A stretch of 64,000 nt of DNA. It comes from an uncultured Campylobacterales bacterium (GTDB lineage Bacteria > Campylobacterota > Campylobacteria > Campylobacterales > Arcobacteraceae). Under the pieces are notes generated by a model. That model searched no databases. It saw only the letters and a list, made by a program, of their open reading frames with translations, and was not told the origin of the DNA. The stretch lies in assembly GCA_938084175.1 (NCBI GenBank), contig CALKDR010000013.1, positions 23,929 through 87,928 of the forward strand, written 5' to 3'. Position numbers and translations under genes: made by a program. Below, piece after piece: positions 58,497-64,000 of the stretch (positions within the stretch are counted from its first letter, which is position 1; every line of letters starts with the position of its first letter).

Positions 58497-59708
58497 ATGT
58501 CAGATTTCTTTCAAAATGGAGTTGTTACAACACTACAAAACTTAGGCGCTAGAAGCTTAGAAGATGTAGAAAATGAACTTGTAAAATTTAGTAGAAGAAG
58601 AAGAATGGTACTACTTTTACCTGCTTTATATTCTGAATTTCAAACTACTGCTATGCATACAATTATAGAAGAATTAAAAGATGTTAGGTATTTATATAAA
58701 ATCATATTAGGACTTGATCAAGCAACAAAAGAGCAGTTTGAAGAAGTAAAAGAACTTATGAGCCAACTTCATTGTAAAGTTGATGTCTTATGGAATGATG
58801 GACCTAGAATTAAAGAGCTTTATGCTGAACTTACAAACGAAGGTTTTCCAGGACTTGATACTCCAGGAAAAGGTCGAAATGTATGGACTATGTTAGGATA
58901 TGGATTAACAGATAAAGATGCTTACGCTTTTGCTCTTCATGATTGTGATATTGTTAATTATTCAAGAGAAATACCTGCAAGATTGTTTTACCCTATTATT
59001 CATCCTGGTTTAGATTTTGAATTTAATAAAGGTTATTATTCAAGAGTTACAAATAAATTACATGGACGAGCTACTAGACTTTTATATACACCTTTAATTA
59101 ATTCATTAAAAAAAGTTCATGGACACAGTAGATATTTAGAATATATGGAAAGCTTTAGATATGCCTTATCAGGAGAGTTTTCATTTATTAGGTCCATGGG
59201 AAGAGGTATTGCAATTTCTCCTACATGGGGACTTGAAGTATCAACTTTGAGTGAAGTTTATAAAAACACTTCAAATAGAAGAATTTGTCAAACACAAATA
59301 ATGGATACATATGAACATAAACACCAAGAACTTGGTAGCTCTGATACAAATGGTGGAATTTATAAAATGGCAAATGATATTGCAAAAACTCTTTTTAGAG
59401 TTATGGCACAAGAAGGTGTTATATTTTCACCCTCAACTTTTAAAACATTATTAGCTACTTATTTTCAAGAATCTAGATTTGAAATTTCAAAATATAACGC
59501 TTTAAGTAAAATTAATGGTTTAGATTATATTAGGGAAAAAGAGATAAATGCAGTAAAAGCTTTTGAAGAAGCAATTAAAGAAGCTTCAAATGAATACTAC
59601 GAAGATCCAATGGGTGTTCCTGCTTTATCTCCATGGATAACAGTAAGATCTGTTATGCCTGATTTTTCTGATAAATTCCATGAATATGTTCAAAAGGACA
59701 ATAAATGA
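58497..59708 (+). CDS. gpgS: Glucosyl-3-phosphoglycerate synthase-type glycosyltransferase
   Basis: 'DFFQNGVVTTL', 'LLLPALYSE', 'GKGRNVW', 'HDCDI', 'KGYYSR', 'YALSGEF', 'YEHKHQ'. Confidence 0.8.
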   Translation: MSDFFQNGVVTTLQNLGARSLEDVENELVKFSRRRRMVLLLPALYSEFQTTAMHTIIEELKDVRYLYKIILGLDQATKEQFEEVKELMSQLHCKVDVLWNDGPRIKELYAELTNEGFPGLDTPGKGRNVWTMLGYGLTDKDAYAFALHDCDIVNYSREIPARLFYPIIHPGLDFEFNKGYYSRVTNKLHGRATRLLYTPLINSLKKVHGHSRYLEYMESFRYALSGEFSFIRSMGRGIAISPTWGLEVSTLSEVYKNTSNRRICQTQIMDTYEHKHQELGSSDTNGGIYKMANDIAKTLFRVMAQEGVIFSPSTFKTLLATYFQESRFEISKYNALSKINGLDYIREKEINAVKAFEEAIKEASNEYYEDPMGVPALSPWITVRSVMPDFSDKFHEYVQKDNK

Positions 59709-61441
59709 AAAGTCATATAAGTGATGAAAATCATAATATAAATAAGAGATTGCATAAACTTTACCCACAAGATACTGCTCAAAAAGCTTTAGATAGCATT
59801 ATTGATTTGGTTTATAAATACAAGCAAAGAATTAAATCAGAAGAGTATCATTTAAGTCAAAAAGATATTATTTTAATTACTTATGGTGATCAAGTTTCAA
59901 GAAATAGTGAAGCATCACTTCATACATTAAAAGAGTTTATGGACAATCACTTAAAAGGTGTTATAAATTCTGTTCATATTTTGCCCTTTTATCCCTACTC
60001 TTCAGATGATGGTTTTTCTGTTGTAAACTATTCTGCTGTTGATCCTCATATGGGTTCGTGGAGAGAAGTTGAGTCTTTATCAAGTGAATATAGAATCATG
60101 GTTGATGGTGTTATAAATCATATCTCACAATACTCAGATTGGTTTAAATCTTTTCTAGCAGGAGATAAGTATTTTGAAGATTTCTTTATAGAACTAGATC
60201 CAACAACTGATTTAAGTAAAGTAGTACGTCCAAGAGCTAGTCCTTTATTACATGAATATCTAGATAATGAAGGAAAGATTCATAATGTATGGACAACATT
60301 TAGTAAAGATCAGGTTGATTTAAATTATAAAAGTTATAAGGTTTTAAGATCAGTTCTTGCTGCAATGTTTTATTATATAGAAAAAGGTGCAACACTAATT
60401 AGACTTGATGCAATTGCTTTTATTTGGAAAGAATTAGGAACAGGTTGTGTTCATTTACCTCAAACACATGAATTAATACAACTAATGAGAGAAGTAATAC
60501 ATGAAGTTGCTCCTGAAGTAATTATTATTACAGAGACAAATGTTCCTCATCATGAAAATATTTCTTATTTTGGAAGTGGAGATGATGAAGCCCAAATGGT
60601 TTACAACTTTGCATTGCCCCCTCTTTTATTAAACTCAATAGTTTGTTCAAACACAAAAAAATTAACATCATGGGCAAAAACCTTAAAACTACCTAGTAAT
60701 AAAGTTTGTTTCTTTAATTTTACAGCAAGTCATGATGGAATAGGACTTCGTCCTGTAAAAGGAATTTTAAGTGATGAAGAAGTATCAACAATTGAAAAAA
60801 GAGTTAAAGACCATGGTGGTTTAGTTTCATACCGATCTGAAGAAGATGGAAGCAAAACCCCATATGAATTAAACTGTAGTTATATAGATGCTTTATCTAA
60901 TCCAAAAGATGAGCAAATCATAAGAATTAAAAGAATGCTTGTAACTCAAGCAACTGTTTTAGCAATGCCTGGAGTTCCTGGAATTTATTTTCATTCAATA
61001 GTTGGTTCTCAAAACTATCAAGATGGAGTTAAGCATTCAGGAATTAATAGAACAATTAATAGAGAAAAGTACAATATTGATTGGCTTGAAAATGAGCTTT
61101 CAACAATGGGAAGTTTAGCTAAAACAATTTTTGATTCATACAAAAGAATGATATCAATTAGAATAAATGAAGATGCTTTTAACCCCTTCACAAAATTTAG
61201 CTTCTTAGAATTAGATGAAAGAGTCTTTATAATTGACAAAAGCAGCGTTGATAACAAAGAAAGAATTCTTGCATTAAATAATTATTCGAATGAAGAAGTA
61301 ACTATTAAATTACCAAAAGAGATTAAGCTTCCATTATGTGATATTTTAAGTTCAAATTATTGTGATGATAATAGTATGAAAAAAGAAGAAACAATTACTC
61401 TTGAACCATATCAAGTTATGTGGCTTAAGGGAAAAATATAG
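59705..61441 (+). CDS. GH13_18 sugar phosphorylase, glucosylglycerate phosphorylase type
   Basis: 'LITYGD', 'HILPFYPYSSDDGF', 'WTTFSKDQVDLN', 'RLDA', 'TETNVP', 'SHDGIG', 'PYELN'. Confidence 0.85.
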   Translation: MKSHISDENHNINKRLHKLYPQDTAQKALDSIIDLVYKYKQRIKSEEYHLSQKDIILITYGDQVSRNSEASLHTLKEFMDNHLKGVINSVHILPFYPYSSDDGFSVVNYSAVDPHMGSWREVESLSSEYRIMVDGVINHISQYSDWFKSFLAGDKYFEDFFIELDPTTDLSKVVRPRASPLLHEYLDNEGKIHNVWTTFSKDQVDLNYKSYKVLRSVLAAMFYYIEKGATLIRLDAIAFIWKELGTGCVHLPQTHELIQLMREVIHEVAPEVIIITETNVPHHENISYFGSGDDEAQMVYNFALPPLLLNSIVCSNTKKLTSWAKTLKLPSNKVCFFNFTASHDGIGLRPVKGILSDEEVSTIEKRVKDHGGLVSYRSEEDGSKTPYELNCSYIDALSNPKDEQIIRIKRMLVTQATVLAMPGVPGIYFHSIVGSQNYQDGVKHSGINRTINREKYNIDWLENELSTMGSLAKTIFDSYKRMISIRINEDAFNPFTKFSFLELDERVFIIDKSSVDNKERILALNNYSNEEVTIKLPKEIKLPLCDILSSNYCDDNSMKKEETITLEPYQVMWLKGKI

Positions 61442-61480
61442 CATATTAAATACAAATACAAAATTCAAGGAGAATATAAA

Positions 61481-62317
61481 ATGAGTCAAATTACAAAGTG
61501 TTTATTTCCAGCAGCAGGATATGGTACAAGATTTTTACCAGCAACTAAGGCAATGCCAAAAGAGATGTTACCAGTACTTACAAAACCATTAATACAATAT
61601 GGAGTTGAAGAAGCAATGGATGCAGGTTGTGATGTAATGTCAATTATTACAGGTCGTGGAAAAAGAGCTATTACTGATCATTTTGATATTTCATATGAGT
61701 TAGAGCATCAAATACAAGGAAGCTCAAAAGAAAAAATGTTATCAGATATTAGAAATATTATTGAAAAATGTACTTTTACATATACAAGACAAAATGAAAT
61801 GAAAGGTTTAGGTGACGCTATTTATAAAGGTAAGGTTTTAGTAGGTGATAATAATCCATTTGCAGTAATTTTAGCAGATGACTTATGTGTAAATCCGGAG
61901 GGTGATGGTGTTTTAAAACAAATGGTTAAACTTTATGAAAAATATAAGTGTTGTATCGTAGCTTGTATGGAAGTACCTAAAGATGAAGTTCATAAATATG
62001 GGGTAATAGAAGGAAAACCTATGGAAAATGGTGTTCATATTATTTCAAATATGATTGAAAAACCTGATAATGATAAAGCACCTTCAAATCTTGCAGTAAT
62101 AGGAAGATATATTTTAACTCCTGAGATTTTTGAAATTATTAAAAATACAAAACCTGGTAAAAATGGAGAGTTACAAATTACGGATGCACTTTGTACACAA
62201 GCTAAAAACCAAATGGTTTTAGCTTATAAATTTGAAGGTAAAAGATTTGATTGTGGTTCAATCGATGGTTTTGTAGAAGCTACAAATTATTTTTACAACC
62301 TAGAAAATAAAAAATAA
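61481..62317 (+). CDS. galU: UTP--glucose-1-phosphate uridylyltransferase
   Basis: 'PAAGYGTRFLPATKAMPKEMLP', 'GELQITDA', 'RFDCG'. Confidence 0.96.
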   Translation: MSQITKCLFPAAGYGTRFLPATKAMPKEMLPVLTKPLIQYGVEEAMDAGCDVMSIITGRGKRAITDHFDISYELEHQIQGSSKEKMLSDIRNIIEKCTFTYTRQNEMKGLGDAIYKGKVLVGDNNPFAVILADDLCVNPEGDGVLKQMVKLYEKYKCCIVACMEVPKDEVHKYGVIEGKPMENGVHIISNMIEKPDNDKAPSNLAVIGRYILTPEIFEIIKNTKPGKNGELQITDALCTQAKNQMVLAYKFEGKRFDCGSIDGFVEATNYFYNLENKK

Positions 62318-62371
62318 AATTATTATATAAAAGTAATTTTTTGCTACAATAACAAAAAAAGGACAAACTTA

Positions 62372-64000
62372 ATGCATAAATTAGCAGGTAAAAAAGCATC
62401 AAAAGAAATACTTGAAAATATAGAAGAATTATTAGAAAACTATTATTTACTTAAACCAGATGCAAATAAGCAAAATCAAAAAGTTAGCTTTGGGACATCT
62501 GGACATAGAGGGAGTTCTACAAAATCAAGTTTTAATGAAAATCATATTCTTGCAATTACACAAGCACTTTGTGAATATAGAAAAAACGCTTGTATTAACG
62601 GTGTTATGCATATTGGAATTGATACTCATGCTTTATCCTTACCTGCTCAAATTACAGCATTACAAGTTTTTTTAGCAAATGAAGTTTCTTGTAAAATAGC
62701 AAAAGAGAATACTTTTACCCCAACTCCTGTTATGTCTTTTACGATTATTGAATCAAACAAAAACACTAAAACTTTAAATGATGGAGTTATTATAACTCCA
62801 TCACATAATCCACCAAGTGATGGTGGTTTTAAATACAATACCCCCAATGGTGGACCTGCTGATAGTGATATTACATCTATAATAGAAAAAAGAGCAAATG
62901 AAATTTTAAATGATGATTTAAAAGATGTTAAGTTTATAAGTAAAGAGCAAATTAAAGAATCAAAATTTCTAGAAATTACAGATTTTATAACACCGTATGT
63001 AAAAGCATTAGAGTCTATTATTGATATGAATATTATTAAAAATGCAAATTTAAAAATAGCTGTTGATCCATTAGGTGGTTCAGGTCTAGAAGTTTATGAA
63101 AAAATAAATGAAATTTATGGATTAAATCTTGATATTGTTAATAAATCAATTGATCCTACTTTCTCATTTATGTCATGTGATCATGATGGAAAAATTAGAA
63201 TGGATTGTTCTTCACCATATGCAATGGCTTCATTAATAAAACTAGCTGATAATTATGATATTGCATTTGCAAACGACCCTGATTTTGACAGACATGGAAT
63301 AGTTACTAAAAGTGTAGGACTTATGAATCCTAATCATTATTTAACAGTTGCAATTTGGTATTTATTTTCAAATAGAAAATCTTGGAAAAATGATTTAGGG
63401 GTTGGAAAAACTTTAGTTTCAAGTTCTATGATTGATAAAGTTGTAAACTCTATTGATAAAAAGCTATACGAAGTTCCTGTAGGCTTTAAATGGTTTGTAG
63501 AAGGCTTATTTAATGGAAGTTTAGCTTTTGGTGGCGAAGAAAGTGCAGGAGCATCTTTTTTGCGATTTGATGGAAGTGTTTGGTCAACAGATAAAGATGG
63601 AATTATTTTAAATCTTTTAGCTGCTGAAATAACTGCAAAACTAAAAAAAGACCCAGGTGTAATTTATCAAGAGTTCGAAAACAAATTTGGAAAAGCTTTT
63701 TATAAAAGAGTTGATGCTCCAGCTTCTTTTGAACAAAAAGCCAAACTAAAAAACTTAAGTGTAAAAGATATTACATCTAAAACTTTAGCAAACGAGCAAA
63801 TAGAAAATATATATACAAAGGCAAGTGGAAATAATGCAAGTATAGGTGGACTTAAAGTTACTACTAAAAGTGGTTGGTTTGCTGCACGTCCTTCAGGAAC
63901 AGAAGATATTTATAAAATTTATGCAGAAAGTTTTATAAGTCAAGAGCATTTAGACTTAATAATTAAAGAAGCTCAAGATTTAGTTTCAAAAAGTATATAA
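62372..64000 (+). CDS. pgm: Phosphoglucomutase (alpha-D-glucose-1,6-bisphosphate dependent)
   Basis: 'FGTSGHRG', 'TPSHNP', 'DPDFDRHG', 'GEESAG', 'RPSGTE'. Confidence 0.96.
   Translation: MHKLAGKKASKEILENIEELLENYYLLKPDANKQNQKVSFGTSGHRGSSTKSSFNENHILAITQALCEYRKNACINGVMHIGIDTHALSLPAQITALQVFLANEVSCKIAKENTFTPTPVMSFTIIESNKNTKTLNDGVIITPSHNPPSDGGFKYNTPNGGPADSDITSIIEKRANEILNDDLKDVKFISKEQIKESKFLEITDFITPYVKALESIIDMNIIKNANLKIAVDPLGGSGLEVYEKINEIYGLNLDIVNKSIDPTFSFMSCDHDGKIRMDCSSPYAMASLIKLADNYDIAFANDPDFDRHGIVTKSVGLMNPNHYLTVAIWYLFSNRKSWKNDLGVGKTLVSSSMIDKVVNSIDKKLYEVPVGFKWFVEGLFNGSLAFGGEESAGASFLRFDGSVWSTDKDGIILNLLAAEITAKLKKDPGVIYQEFENKFGKAFYKRVDAPASFEQKAKLKNLSVKDITSKTLANEQIENIYTKASGNNASIGGLKVTTKSGWFAARPSGTEDIYKIYAESFISQEHLDLIIKEAQDLVSKSI

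Noticed and set aside
59705-61441. Sucrose phosphorylase
   Set aside because: Has TETN and YELN rather than EIH and YQVN, and sits with gpgS/gpgP/glycerate kinase.
1015-62847. Short ORF-track entries overlapping longer genes (e.g. 2131-2337, 2979-3257, 44886-45194, 46659-47129, 57642-58028)
   Set aside because: Antisense or alternate-frame shadows of well-supported genes, with no SD or motif support.
1-64000. CRISPR array, rRNA, tRNA, IS transposase, integrase or prophage genes
   Set aside because: No regularly spaced repeats, no GC-rich structural RNA blocks and no transposase/integrase/phage structural motifs were seen.

Overview
Very AT-rich (roughly 25-28% GC by eye) bacterial chromosome segment whose gene content and order (tatB-tatC-queA, rsmH-ftsL-like, cytochrome c553, MBL-less ComEC) point to Campylobacterota, most likely Arcobacteraceae. 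About 50 intact CDS are interspersed with at least a dozen gene remnants (signal transduction, flagellin-like, COG0523, Na/Pi, RelB), several of them deletion-fused chimeras, suggesting ongoing genome erosion. Notable accessory loci: (i) a B12-dependent glutamate mutase S-E-L trio coupled to an atypical adenylate-forming ligase, with no methylaspartate ammonia-lyase (30.6-35.1 kb), the best candidate for an undescribed pathway; (ii) a diguanylate cyclase with an N-terminal ASCH/PUA-like domain; (iii) an unannotated ~165-nt structured transcript carrying a 7-codon minigene at 7.7-7.9 kb; (iv) rraA-GGCT-membrane TPR protein-ovoA (ovothiol); (v) a K+ channel-sbcD-sbcC operon next to an orphan DUF2326 ATPase and a Pif1-like helicase; (vi) a complete glucosylglycerate synthesis/recycling cluster. 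No rRNA, tRNA, CRISPR array, IS element or prophage was recognised. All family calls come from motif recognition by eye, not from database searches.
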